This document shows, in pieces, positions 1-9,553 of a stretch of DNA of 64,000 nt. Source of the DNA: an uncultured Acidobacteriota bacterium (GTDB lineage Bacteria > Acidobacteriota > UBA6911). Each line of letters begins with the position of its first letter. Within the stretch, counting starts at the first letter, position 1. The stretch lies in assembly GCA_963809485.1 (NCBI GenBank), contig CAWEJX010000008.1, positions 160,001-224,000 on the forward strand, given 5' to 3'. The notes beneath the pieces are model-generated. The model did no database searches. It worked only from the letters and a program-made list of their open reading frames with translations, and was not told the origin of the DNA. The position numbers and the translations under genes were made by a program.

Positions 1-729
1 ACCAATTCCAATAGGCCGGCCGCGAAGAAAACGACCACCAGAAGCACTTTTAGCAGTCCTTCCGATTCCCCCTTTGGGCGCAAACAGCTCTTTTACAAAG
101 CCGATCGGGCCAATTTCCTGGAGAGCCCAGACGATCCAGCAGGCAAAAAATACCAAAGCCATGGCAAAAGTCAGATTCACATCGGCGTTGGCCCCACGGA
201 AAAATGGCTGGTCGATCTTGAAACCATGAGCGGTTTGATGCCCCCACCCGATGGTTCCCACTCCGGGAATTAGGCCCGCCCAATTAGTCGCAAGAATAAA
301 AATGAAAATAGTCGCAAAAAACCAGAAGGTCTTCCGGACCAGATGCGGTCCGAGGATTCCCTCCAGAAAACCGTAGAGGCCTTCCACAAGCCATTCCAGG
401 AAATTCTGCGCTCCTTCGGGAACCTGCTTCATCTTCCGCGTAGCGTACTGGGCAAAAAGGATCAGGAACAAAGCCACGATCCATGAAACGACCATGGAAT
501 TTGTAATAGGAAAGCCCAAAGGGCGCGCAATCTCCACCGCCGCTTGCGGCAGGCCATGCTCCTCCTCCGCCGCGGCACTCGCGGATGTTTCGGATCCAGC
601 CTCCGTGGCCGCACTCGCTGCGAACATCGAGCCGGCGCTCAGTCCTATAAAAAAGAGGATGGCAAGGAGCAGTAGCGCCAGCCCGGGGCTCACGCTGAGC
701 CGTATCCCGCAGCCGGCTATTTTCGGCAA
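1..729 (-). CDS. atpB: F0F1 ATP synthase subunit a, 5' part (runs off the window start); start codon uncertain (TTG 729 or GTG 693)
   Basis: Hand translation of the minus strand gives ...LGFPITNSMVVSWIVALFLILFAQYATRKMKQVPEGAQNFLEWLVEGLYGFLEGILG...FFATIFIFILATNWAGLIPGVG...RGANADVNLTFAMALVFF, which contains the subunit a motifs Q-N-x-x-E, N-x-x-G-L-I-P and A-D-x-N-x-T. The gene is not in the ORF track. Confidence 0.9.
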   Translation of the reverse strand, partial: MPKIAGCGIRLSVSPGLALLLLAILFFIGLSAGSMFAASAATEAGSETSASAAAEEEHGLPQAAVEIARPLGFPITNSMVVSWIVALFLILFAQYATRKMKQVPEGAQNFLEWLVEGLYGFLEGILGPHLVRKTFWFFATIFIFILATNWAGLIPGVGTIGWGHQTAHGFKIDQPFFRGANADVNLTFAMALVFFACWIVWALQEIGPIGFVKELFAPKGGIGRTAKSASGGRFLRGRPIGIG

Positions 730-959
730 AGCTCGTCGCAGACCAATCCCGCAATCCCGGATTTCCAGAGCATCGCCCGCGATGGCGGTTACGGCTGGTG
801 CCGCACACCCGCTCGCGCAATCGCGTCAGCATCAGGTTATCATCTGACTTCGCCCTTCCATCTGCCCTGAATCCTTGAATTGTCACTGCGGTTGGTTTCA
901 TCTTCGTTTCTCAGGCTGTAAAGAAAAGACCGGTTTTCTTCAAGTTATCGATTTTTGAC

Positions 960-973
960 TTGAACGGCATCAA
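960..973. promoter_or_regulatory. Putative FNR/CRP-family binding site
   Basis: TTGAACGGCATCAA matches TTGAT-N4-ATCAA with one mismatch and lies in the divergent intergenic region between atpB and the DUF3300 gene. Confidence 0.4.
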
Positions 974-1115
974 GAATTACATTCGCTGACGATCAAGTCA
1001 CCTGTCATTTTTAACAGTCCAACACCCGGCGCCGAGAAGATACAATTTTCAGGCGGTGCACCGGAAGGCATACATTATTTATATAGATGGGATCTGCGCA
1101 TCAGGAGGTGGCAGC

Positions 1116-3023
1116 ATGAAAGTCAAACAAATAGTGTCGTCAGGGCTACGGATGATCCTTGCGGCTTTATTGCTGTTTCCGCCGGGTTCCCTTCAAGCGC
1201 AGCAGGACAAAATCGCTGCCTTCAAACAAGAGTTGGCCCAGAACAAGAAGCGGCTGGCCCAGTACGAATGGACTGAAACCACGATTATCAGTATGAAGGG
1301 TGAAGAAAAGTCCCGGGTTCAGAAACATTGCTACTATGGTCCGGACGGGAAAATTCAGAAACAGCAGATCAGCGCACCCGCTCAGCAAAAATCTCCGGGC
1401 GGACTCAAAGGAAAGGCTGCCGCCAAAAAGAAGGGGGAGATCACTGAGTATATGCAACAGGCAGCCGCCCTGATCCATAGCTATGTGCCGCCGGAGGCCG
1501 ACCGCGTTCAGGCTGCCCGGGATTCGGGAAAGCTCTCTTTCGTTCCGATGGGCCAGGGTTCGGTCCGGCTGGATTTTCATGATTTTATGAAGCCGGGCGA
1601 CAGCATGGCCTTCACTATCGATAAGCAAAAGTATGCAATCCAGAACATCAATGTGAAATCCTACCTGGATGACAAGGAGGACGCGGTCACTTTGGATGTC
1701 GGTTTCGCGGCCCTCAATGATGGCACCAGCTATGTGTCGAAGGCTGTGGTCAACGCGCCAGCAAAAAAAATCCAGGTTGTGGTCCAGAACTCCAATTACC
1801 AGAGGATGGCTGCCGTTGAAGTGGGGCAGCCACCACCCCAGCAACCGCAAGTCCAAGCAGGCGCGCCGCAGCAGGGGCAGACACTGACGCCGCAACAGAT
1901 CGACACTTTGACGGCACCCATTGCCCTTTACCCGGATGCACTCCTGGCTCAGATCTTTACCGCATCGGTCAACTTTATCGAGCTGCAATCGTTCGCGGAT
2001 TGGATGGGGAAGAACTCCAATCTGACCGGCAGCTCGCTTCAGGACGCTGCGCAGAAAGCGGGGTACGATGCTTGTCTCGTGGCGCTCGCCCCATTCCCCC
2101 AGGTTGTCCAGATGATGATTCAGAAGCCGGACTGGACCCAGCAGATCGGCAAGGCATTTGCGGCAAACCGCAGCGCCGTCTTCGATTCCATTCAGCGGCT
2201 GCGGGCACAAGCGCAAGCCAAGGGCAATTTGCAAACCACGGAACAGCAGGAAGTCAAGACTCAAACGACTTCCGGCGGGCAGGAGGTAATCGTTATTCAA
2301 CCTGCGAATCCCCAGGTGATTTATGTGCCCCAATACAATCCGCAGGTCGTATATGTCCAGTCTGCTCCCCCTCCTTCTGCCGCTTCATCGGCGGCCGGCG
2401 CAGCCCTGGTAGGATTCACCGCCGGCATCATCATTGGGGCTGCAGCCAGCAATAACTATTATCACGGACCCTATGGCTGGCATGGCGCTTCCATGTACAA
2501 CGAATTTTGGGAAGATCGTTATGATGCTGCGGAAGATCTCCAGGAGAACCGGCAGGAGTATATGAATGAGCGCCAGGAGAATTACCAGCAGAATTCAGCC
2601 GATCGACAGTCCTCGGCGCAAGCCAATCAGGCTAACCGGCAGGCCGGCGCCCAAAGTGCCCAGCCCAGTGCGCAAGCCGGCCAGGCGCAGCGCCAGTCCT
2701 CGGCTCAAGCCACCCAGACCAGCCAGGCTAATCGTCAGACCAGCGCGCAAACGGGTCAGACGCAGCGACAGACCGGCGCCGGCGCAACACAGAGCAGCCG
2801 ACAGGCACAGGCAGTTCAATCTCAGAGCGCCGCAAGCGCTTCGAGCCGGACCAGCGGACAATCTGCATCGCAGCGAAGCGGCATGAGCTCGGGTGGCTTT
2901 TCAGGCTATCAAAGCGGCTCAGCCACGGCATCGCAAAGCAAACGAGGAAACAGCAGCCTTTCCTCCAGCCGGAGCAGCCGAAGCAGCGGAGGCGGCCGCA
3001 GTCGGGGCAGTCGCAATAGATGA
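1116..3023 (+). CDS. Secreted DUF3300-domain protein with an extra N-terminal domain and a Q/S/A/R low-complexity tail
   Basis: AGGAGG RBS before ATG 1116; signal peptide; DUF3300 signatures LTAPIALYPDALLAQIF and VIVIQPANPQVIYVPQYNPQVVY; adjacent to a DUF2950 gene as usual. Confidence 0.85.
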   Translation: MKVKQIVSSGLRMILAALLLFPPGSLQAQQDKIAAFKQELAQNKKRLAQYEWTETTIISMKGEEKSRVQKHCYYGPDGKIQKQQISAPAQQKSPGGLKGKAAAKKKGEITEYMQQAAALIHSYVPPEADRVQAARDSGKLSFVPMGQGSVRLDFHDFMKPGDSMAFTIDKQKYAIQNINVKSYLDDKEDAVTLDVGFAALNDGTSYVSKAVVNAPAKKIQVVVQNSNYQRMAAVEVGQPPPQQPQVQAGAPQQGQTLTPQQIDTLTAPIALYPDALLAQIFTASVNFIELQSFADWMGKNSNLTGSSLQDAAQKAGYDACLVALAPFPQVVQMMIQKPDWTQQIGKAFAANRSAVFDSIQRLRAQAQAKGNLQTTEQQEVKTQTTSGGQEVIVIQPANPQVIYVPQYNPQVVYVQSAPPPSAASSAAGAALVGFTAGIIIGAAASNNYYHGPYGWHGASMYNEFWEDRYDAAEDLQENRQEYMNERQENYQQNSADRQSSAQANQANRQAGAQSAQPSAQAGQAQRQSSAQATQTSQANRQTSAQTGQTQRQTGAGATQSSRQAQAVQSQSAASASSRTSGQSASQRSGMSSGGFSGYQSGSATASQSKRGNSSLSSSRSSRSSGGGRSRGSRNR

Positions 3024-3042
3024 GATCAGATAGGTCCGTAAA

Positions 3043-3443
3043 TAATTCTATTGGTAAACCCCCGGCTGTGCCGGGGGACTCATATAGTTTGACAGCTCCG
3101 TATTTTGAAACGCTGAGATACGCTGACAAAAGCGCTGACAAACGCCGATTTGTTCGGCGAGGGTCGGCGAGCAAAAGCCGATGAGGCGCTTCCGATGGAG
3201 TTTTCTGCGGCGGCACTGTGGCAAGCGCCGTGCGGCAAGGAGATGGGGATTATGAGAAACCGGGCGTTTGCCACAGTGCCGCCGCAGAAAACTGTCCAGC
3301 GCAGAGCGCTGGCCCCTGCGGGGATCGGAAGCGCCTCATCGGCTTTTGCCCGCGTATGTCAGCGTTCAAGACCGGCGTATCTTGTCCAACCGCTTTGAGC
3401 GGTTCGAATCTTGCCTCCGGCTTTGCCGGAGGTATCTGACTCA
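3043..3443 (+). mobile_element. Non-autonomous IS200/IS605-end element (MITE/PATE-like), long form with nested hairpin, copy 1
   Basis: Left end TAATTCTATTGGTAAACCCCCGGCTGTGCCGGGGGACTC and right end AACCGCTTTGAGCGGTT...GCCTCCGGCTTTGCCGGAGGT, both with subterminal hairpins. No transposase. Nearly identical to 30991-31392. Confidence 0.75.
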
Positions 3444-3469
3444 GACTTTTGACAGATCGGAGAACCGAT

Positions 3470-4402
3470 ATGCGCATTCTATTCTGTCGTACCCTTGCAT
3501 TGTTCCTGGGACTGACCCTTTTGGGGTGGAAGGCAAATGCACAGGTTCCGGAACAGACAGCTTTCGCCACTCCGGACGAGGCTGCAACCGCGCTTCTCGA
3601 AGCGCTGAAATCAGACGACCTCGACAAACTACGGTCGATCTTTGGTCCTGATGCGCAACAGGCCCTTTCGTCGGGTGACCTGCTATTGGACCGTCATGAC
3701 CGTACCGTCATCGCCCTCGCAATACAGCAGTCCTGGCAGTGGGTGAAGCGCGATTCCAAGAACAGGACGCTCGTGATTGGAGAGGAACGCTGGCCGTTTC
3801 CGGTTCCGCTTGCGAAGAAAGCCAATGGCTGGCAATTTGACACCCAAGCCGGAAAAGACGAGGTTTTGGCACGGCGCATTGGGCGAAATGAGATCTTTAT
3901 TATCGACCTGTGCAGGGCTTATGCCAATATGCAGCAGAGGTACTCAAGTCAACCGCACGACGGTAAGCCGGCTGGATTGTATGCGCAAAAGATTCGGAGC
4001 ACTCCCGGCCGTCAGGACGGCCTGTATTGGAGTGTGAAGCCGGGAGAGCGGCCTAGTCCCTTGGGCGATCTCGCGGCCGAGGCGGCCGCGGAAGGATACA
4101 ATCCTGAGAATAATCAGCCCACCCCGTTTTGGGGCTATTACTTCCGAATTCTCACTGCCCAGGGGAAGTCGGCGCCTGGAGGCCCCAAGAGCTATATCGT
4201 CGACGGCAACATGTCGGAAGGATTCGCTCTTATCGCCTATCCTGCCAGGTACGGGTACAGCGGAGTCATGACCTTCATCGTCAACCAAAGCGGTGTTGTA
4301 TACGAGAAGGATCTGGGTCCGGAGACGCCCAAAATCGCGGGCAGCCTGAATGAGTACGATCCTGACAGGTCATGGAAAGTTGTGAGAGAGATCGTCCCGT
4401 AG
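3470..4402 (+). CDS. DUF2950-domain secreted protein
   Basis: Signal peptide; motifs WPFPVPL, RRIGRNE, DGLYW, PFWGYYFRIL and YGYSGVMTFIVNQSGVVYEKDLG. Confidence 0.9.
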   Translation: MRILFCRTLALFLGLTLLGWKANAQVPEQTAFATPDEAATALLEALKSDDLDKLRSIFGPDAQQALSSGDLLLDRHDRTVIALAIQQSWQWVKRDSKNRTLVIGEERWPFPVPLAKKANGWQFDTQAGKDEVLARRIGRNEIFIIDLCRAYANMQQRYSSQPHDGKPAGLYAQKIRSTPGRQDGLYWSVKPGERPSPLGDLAAEAAAEGYNPENNQPTPFWGYYFRILTAQGKSAPGGPKSYIVDGNMSEGFALIAYPARYGYSGVMTFIVNQSGVVYEKDLGPETPKIAGSLNEYDPDRSWKVVREIVP

Positions 4403-4430
4403 ACGTCTCAATTCATAAGGAGGCAGCAGC

Positions 4431-5056
4431 ATGACAAGCCATGATCCGCACATACCGGTCAGCGCGCAGGAAGGCTCTCAGACGCCTGATCGACGGAAAT
4501 GAGCGGTTCCTGAACGGACAGCGCCCGCTTCCCCACCCATCAGAAAGAAGTCCTGGCCTCCCTGGTACGCGAACAGCGCCCCTACGCAACCATTCTCGGT
4601 TGCAGTGACTCACGCGTGCCACCGGAGCTCATCTTCGACGCCAATTTTGGGGAATTGTTCGTCATCCGTGTCGCCGGCAACGTGCTATCGCCCGAAGTAG
4701 CCGGCTCGATGCAATACGCGGGGATGCATCTGAAGACGCCCTTGTTCGTTGTGCTCGGCCACGAAAACTGCGGCGCTGTCCACGCGGCGCTCGACATGAA
4801 GTTCCGCAATGCCGTACAACCGTCACGCATAGAACTTCTCATTCGAAATATCCTGCCCTCGCTGGAAAATATCGACGAGCATGCCGATCCGGCGGCTCAG
4901 ATGGCGTCTGCGGTAGAAGCCAATGTCCGCTGGAGCATGCGGCAGATAGCCGAATCGCCTGAGGGACGCGCTCGAGCGGCGGAAGGAACTTATATGCTCG
5001 TGGGGGCCATCTTCGAAATTGCGACCGGCCGGGTGAGGTTTCTGGAGCCGGTCTGA
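4431..5056 (+). CDS. Beta-class carbonic anhydrase (frameshifted near the 5' end)
   Basis: RBS AAGGAGG before ATG 4431. Fragments LIDGNERF, ILGCSDSRVPPELIFD, VIRVAGN and VLGHENCGAV carry the Zn ligands (CxD...HxxC). The N-terminus needs a frame change. Confidence 0.85.
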
Positions 5057-5067
5057 ATCAGTCTGAC

Positions 5068-5260
5068 TCAATCGGCAAGCCGCCGGCTCTGCCGGGTGAC
5101 TGATGGAGTATGGCAGTCGCGGATTTTGAAACGCTGACATACGCTGACAAAAACGCTGATACACGCCGATGCATTTGGCGAGGATCCGCGTTATGGCTAT
5201 GGAACTCGTCCAGCCGCTTTGAGCGGTCACAACTGAAAGCCGCCGGCTTTGCCGGAGGTA
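5068..5260 (+). mobile_element. IS200/IS605-end element, short diverged copy 2
   Basis: CCGGCTCTGCCGGG left hairpin, TTTTGAAACGCTGACATACGCTGACAAAA core, and CCGCTTTGAGCGG...CCGGCTTTGCCGGAGGT right end. Confidence 0.65.
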
Positions 5261-5280
5261 AATGCCTGTTTTAATAATCG

Positions 5281-5334
5281 CGCACGGATGCCCACGGAAA
5301 TTAATCCACGAAAATCCCTCAAATCCGTGTCCTC
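5281..5334. repeat. CACGGA...AATCCGTG imperfect palindromic intergenic repeat
   Basis: GCACGGATGCCCACGGAAATT...AAATCCGTGTCC; related sequences at 9441-9510 and 38541-38610. Confidence 0.45.
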
Positions 5335-5497
5335 TTCTTTGGGTTGGGCCGAGTGGCTGTCAGCCCAGTCCCTCCCCGGACTGGTAAAATTGACAGTTTA
5401 TCGCCGGCAGGCAACTGAATAACCTTCCCTCGAATCTCCAAAATATGCCCCATACCAGACAGGAGGCAGAGTCCGTCGCGATTCGGAGAAAGACACA

Positions 5498-6832
5498 ATG
5501 CTCATTTGGATGGAATTGGCAGTATTGCTGGCTGCAATCGTTCTGGGAGCCCGAATGGGCGGGATCGGCCTCGGGCCGATGGGCGGCCTTGGGCTACTGG
5601 TGTTCGTTTTTGTATTCCACCTGCCCCCGGGCAGCCCGCCCGGCAACGTCCTGGGGATGATCCTGGCTGTGATTACGGCCCTGTCGCTCATGCAGGCAGC
5701 GGGAGGATTGGACTACGTCATTCAGCTCGCCGAGAAAGTCCTGCGCCGGAACCCTCGCCGCATCACGATCCTTGCCCCGCTGGTCACCTATCTTCTGATC
5801 CTGGCCTCCGGCACGCAGCATGTGATTTATGCCCTGCTTCCAGTGATCGCGGAGGTGGCGCGCAAAGCCGGGATCCGGCCTGAGCGTCCGCTATCGATGA
5901 GCGTGATCGCTTCGCAGCATGGGCTCGTGGCCTCGCCTGTCTCCGCGGCAACGGTCGCACTCATCGCGGGATTGACAGCGTCGGGTGTGGGATTGCCTCA
6001 GGTCATGATGATCACAATCCCGGCCACCCTGCTCGGCGTAATCGCCGGCATTTTCTCGGTTGCCTTCCGAGGGCGCGAACTGGCGGAGGATCCCGAATAT
6101 AAGCTGCGGCTCGCTCAGGGGAAAGTGACGCCTCCCGCAGAACGGACCGAACTTGCCGGCGCCGAACGAAAAAAAGCCATGGGATCCTGCATGGTTTTCC
6201 TGGCTGCAATTCTCGCAGTGGTCTTAATCGGACTTTTTCCGGCGCTTCGGCCGGTTTATGAAAAAGTCGCAGAAGGTGTGACCGAAACGGGGCAGGTGGA
6301 AATGGGCCGTGCCGTGATGATTGTCATGTTGGCGGCAGCTGCCCTGTTGCTGCTGGTCTTCCGGGCTGATCCCGAGAAGGCCGTGAAGGGGAGCATCATG
6401 AAGGGCGGCCTCACCGCCATCATCTGCATCCTGGGAGTTTCATGGATGGGATCATCCTTTTTCGAGGGAAACCAGCCCGCGATCGTGGGCGCCATCTCGT
6501 CCGTGATTCAGACACAGCCCTGGATTTTCGCCGCAGGCCTTTTTGTTCTTTCGATTCTGCTTTTCAGTCAGGCCGCAACGGTCACAATCCTTGTCCCTGT
6601 GGCTCTGGCCCTGGGCTTGCCCGTCCCGCTTATCGTCGGCGCCTATCCGGCCGTAAATGGCAACTTCTTCCTTCCCACTTACGGTACTGTGCTGGCCGCC
6701 GTTTCCTTTGATCAAACCGGTACAACACGCATCGGGAGGTATTTGCTCAATCACAGTTTCATGCTGCCGGGGCTGGTGACGACAGTGACTGCCGCAATAG
6801 CGGCTTCCATCCTGGCCCAGTGGCTTCTTTAG
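5498..6832 (+). CDS. Anaerobic C4-dicarboxylate transporter (DcuA/DcuB family)
   Basis: N-terminal LGARMGGIGLG, GIRPERPLSMSVIASQ, and FFLPTYGTVLAAVSFDQTGTTRIGRYLLNHSFMLPG; polytopic membrane protein. Confidence 0.93.
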   Translation: MLIWMELAVLLAAIVLGARMGGIGLGPMGGLGLLVFVFVFHLPPGSPPGNVLGMILAVITALSLMQAAGGLDYVIQLAEKVLRRNPRRITILAPLVTYLLILASGTQHVIYALLPVIAEVARKAGIRPERPLSMSVIASQHGLVASPVSAATVALIAGLTASGVGLPQVMMITIPATLLGVIAGIFSVAFRGRELAEDPEYKLRLAQGKVTPPAERTELAGAERKKAMGSCMVFLAAILAVVLIGLFPALRPVYEKVAEGVTETGQVEMGRAVMIVMLAAAALLLLVFRADPEKAVKGSIMKGGLTAIICILGVSWMGSSFFEGNQPAIVGAISSVIQTQPWIFAAGLFVLSILLFSQAATVTILVPVALALGLPVPLIVGAYPAVNGNFFLPTYGTVLAAVSFDQTGTTRIGRYLLNHSFMLPGLVTTVTAAIAASILAQWLL

Positions 6833-6848
6833 CAACCTGGAGGTATTT

Positions 6849-8333
6849 ATGAGACGCCTTATTCCTGTATTTCTTTCCTTACTTATTGTCCTGACTGCAA
6901 TCCAGGGCGCTTCTGCTCAGCAGAAGTTCCGTTTGGAAAAGGATCTGCTGGGTGAAAAACAGATCCCTGCGGACGCCTACTACGGTGTTCAGACCGCCCG
7001 GGCCCTCGAAAATTTTCCTATCTCTGGATTTTTGATCAATCACTATCCCGGTTTCGTTGAGGCGAATGCAATGGTCAAGCTGGCTGCAGCGAGAGCCAAC
7101 ACGGATGTCGGCGCCATGAAACCGGAGACATTGGCCGCTATCGAAAAGGCCTGCCAGGCTGTGATCGACGGCAAGTATCACGACCAGTTTTTGGTTGACT
7201 GGTACCAGGGCGGCGCCGGCACGTCCACCAACATGAACGTTAACGAAGTGCTTGCCAATATCGCGCTTGAACTGACCGGACACAAAAAGGGCGAGTACCA
7301 GTTCGTCGATCCACATGACCATCTGAACATGTCACAATCAACCAACGATACCTACCCGACCGCGATCAAGGTTGCCTTTCTCCTGCGAAATGAATACCTG
7401 ATCAAAGAAATGGAGAGTCTCGCAACTTCCTTTAGGTTCAAGGGGAATGCTTTTCTGAAAATGGTCAAGATGGGGCGAACTGAGATGCAGGATGCCGTGC
7501 CCATGACCGTTGGTCAGGAATTCCATGCCTTTGCGGCTGCGCTGGAAGTCGAAATCCAGTTGCTGCGGGACGCCGAGAAGTATTTATACCCCGTCAACAT
7601 GGGCGCGACCGCAATCGGCACCGGAATTAACGTGCCCAAAGGCTACCCGGAAAAATGCGCGGCGCATCTGGCCAAGTTGACCGGCAAGCCTATTGTTCCG
7701 GCCTCGGACATGCTGGCAGCAACCTGGGATCAGCAGGGATTTGTCGCCTATTCCGCGGCGCTCAAAAGCCTGGCCATAAAGCTGTCGAAGATCGCGAGCG
7801 ACTTGATCCTGCTCGCCTCCGGACCGCGCGCGGGACTGTTCGAGATCAACCTGCCGCCGCTTCAACCCGGCTCCTCCATAATGCCCGGCAAAGTTAATCC
7901 GGTCATGCCGGAAGTGATGAATATTGTCGCTTTTCGCGTTATGGGCAACGATCAAAGCGTAGGCCTTGCGGCGCACCATGGGCAGCTGCAGCTTAATGCC
8001 TATGAACCGCTCGCCGGTCTGGCCGTGATTGAGTCTCAGGCCCTGCTATTCCGCACCTCCAATCTCTTTCGCACAAAGTGTATCGACGGCATCACAGTGA
8101 ACGAGAAGACCCTGCAACGATACATGGAAACCACCGTCGGAATCGTCACGGCGCTCAATCCGGTTCTCGGCTATGAAAAGGCAACCGAGCTGGCCGCTGA
8201 AGCTTACAAGAGCGGCAAAGGAATTATTGAAATCATCCGGGAAAAGAAAGTCCTTACCGAACAGCAGATTCAGGAGTTGCTGGACCCGGCCAAGCTGACC
8301 GGGCTCGATATATCCAAGTATGCGGATAAATAA
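6849..8333 (+). CDS. aspA: Aspartate ammonia-lyase (aspartase) with a predicted N-terminal Sec signal peptide
   Basis: RLEKDLLGEKQIPADAYYGVQTARALENF, QGGAGTSTNMNVNEV, MSQSTND and the family signature GSSIMPGKVNP; leader MRRLIPVFLSLLIVLTAIQGASA-QQ. Confidence 0.92.
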   Translation: MRRLIPVFLSLLIVLTAIQGASAQQKFRLEKDLLGEKQIPADAYYGVQTARALENFPISGFLINHYPGFVEANAMVKLAAARANTDVGAMKPETLAAIEKACQAVIDGKYHDQFLVDWYQGGAGTSTNMNVNEVLANIALELTGHKKGEYQFVDPHDHLNMSQSTNDTYPTAIKVAFLLRNEYLIKEMESLATSFRFKGNAFLKMVKMGRTEMQDAVPMTVGQEFHAFAAALEVEIQLLRDAEKYLYPVNMGATAIGTGINVPKGYPEKCAAHLAKLTGKPIVPASDMLAATWDQQGFVAYSAALKSLAIKLSKIASDLILLASGPRAGLFEINLPPLQPGSSIMPGKVNPVMPEVMNIVAFRVMGNDQSVGLAAHHGQLQLNAYEPLAGLAVIESQALLFRTSNLFRTKCIDGITVNEKTLQRYMETTVGIVTALNPVLGYEKATELAAEAYKSGKGIIEIIREKKVLTEQQIQELLDPAKLTGLDISKYADK

Positions 8334-8359
8334 ACTCAATGATCCAGGAGGTAACTGTC

Positions 8360-9427
8360 ATGAAGTGCAAGATCCAGGTTTTGTGGTTGGGGATTCTGGT
8401 CGCCGCCTTTTTGGCCGTCTCTATGGCCATGGCCGCCGATCTCCCGAACATCGTGGTTCTCGCAACAGGTGGCACCATTGCCGGTGCGGCAGCCAGCGAT
8501 GTTCAGGCCGGCTACACATCCGGCCAGGTAGGAGTCGATCAGCTCCTCGCCGCCGTGCCCCAGGCTAAGAAGCTGGCAGTTTTGCGCGGCGAACAGATCT
8601 CGAACATCGGCTCGCAGGATATGAACGATGAGGTCTGGCTGAAGCTGGCCCGCCGCATCAACGAGCTGACGGCGATGTCGAACGTTGATGGCGTGGTCAT
8701 CACCCATGGCACGGACACTATCGAGGAAACGGGATATTTCCTGAACCTGGTTGTCAAATCAAAGAAACCTGTCGTGCTGACAGCCGCCATGCGCCCGTCG
8801 ACGGCGCTTTCCGCCGACGGCCCGCTCAACTTTTTCAATGCAGTGGCGGTGGCGGCCAACAAGGACGCCGCTGGCCGCGGAGTGCTGGTTGTCGTTAACG
8901 ACTGGATCCACGGGGCATCCTCACTAACCAAAGCCAGCACTACGGCGGTGCAGACCTTTCTTTCGCCATTGCGCGGTTTGATCGGCACAGTCGCCTACGG
9001 TGAAGCCGAATTCTATCGCGGGCCCGTTGGCCGAAACACAACCGAATCGGAGTTTTTTTTGGACGGTGTCACACTCCTGCCCCGCGTGGACATAATCATG
9101 GCTCACGAGAACATGGACGGGAAACTCATTGATGCGGCAGTAGCGGCAGGTGCAAAGGGCATTGTGATCGCCGGAGTCGGAAACGGCAATATGACAAAGG
9201 ACGCCCTCGACGCTCTTGCAGCACAAGCCAAGAAGGGCATTATTTGTGTCCGTTCTTCGCGTGTAGCCACGGGCCTGGTGGGCCGCAATGTTGAAGTGGA
9301 CGACGACAAATTGAGTCTGGTCGCCTCACTTGGATTGAATCCCCAGAAATCGCGTGTGCTCCTCCGGCTGGCCCTGTTGAAGTCGCGCACCCTGGCGGAT
9401 ATCCAGCGAATTTTCGAGGAGTACTGA
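8360..9427 (+). CDS. ansB: Type II (periplasmic) L-asparaginase
   Basis: ATGGTIAG, NIGSQDMND, HGTDTIEET and AMRPSTALSADGP motifs; signal peptide ending AMA; GGAGG RBS. Confidence 0.93.
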   Translation: MKCKIQVLWLGILVAAFLAVSMAMAADLPNIVVLATGGTIAGAAASDVQAGYTSGQVGVDQLLAAVPQAKKLAVLRGEQISNIGSQDMNDEVWLKLARRINELTAMSNVDGVVITHGTDTIEETGYFLNLVVKSKKPVVLTAAMRPSTALSADGPLNFFNAVAVAANKDAAGRGVLVVVNDWIHGASSLTKASTTAVQTFLSPLRGLIGTVAYGEAEFYRGPVGRNTTESEFFLDGVTLLPRVDIIMAHENMDGKLIDAAVAAGAKGIVIAGVGNGNMTKDALDALAAQAKKGIICVRSSRVATGLVGRNVEVDDDKLSLVASLGLNPQKSRVLLRLALLKSRTLADIQRIFEEY

Positions 9428-9440
9428 GAGGCTAACAAAT

Positions 9441-9510
9441 AAAGGACACGGGTTTTCCCGGATCTTCACTGATGTAAATCCGTAAAACCAGCGTAGATTC
9501 ATGTCCTTTT
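9441..9510. repeat. GGACACGG...AATCCGT...TGTCC imperfect palindromic repeat
   Basis: AAAGGACACGGGTTTTCCCGGAT...AAATCCGTAAAACC...ATGTCCTTT forms an imperfect inverted repeat just after the ansB stop. Confidence 0.45.
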
Positions 9511-9553
9511 CTTCAGCACGAAATCAGTCCAATTCATATGGAGGTCATGCCTC

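Noticed and set aside
284-901. ORF-track proteins 284..901 (-) and 494..847 (+)
   Set aside because: They are alternative frames overlapping the real atpB frame and have no recognisable motifs.
2728-3651. Short ORFs such as MSALLSAYLSVSKYGAVKLYESPG recurring at about 3.1, 12.6, 14.4, 21.9 and 31.1 kb
   Set aside because: They are translations of the repeated non-coding element, with inconsistent starts and stops between copies.
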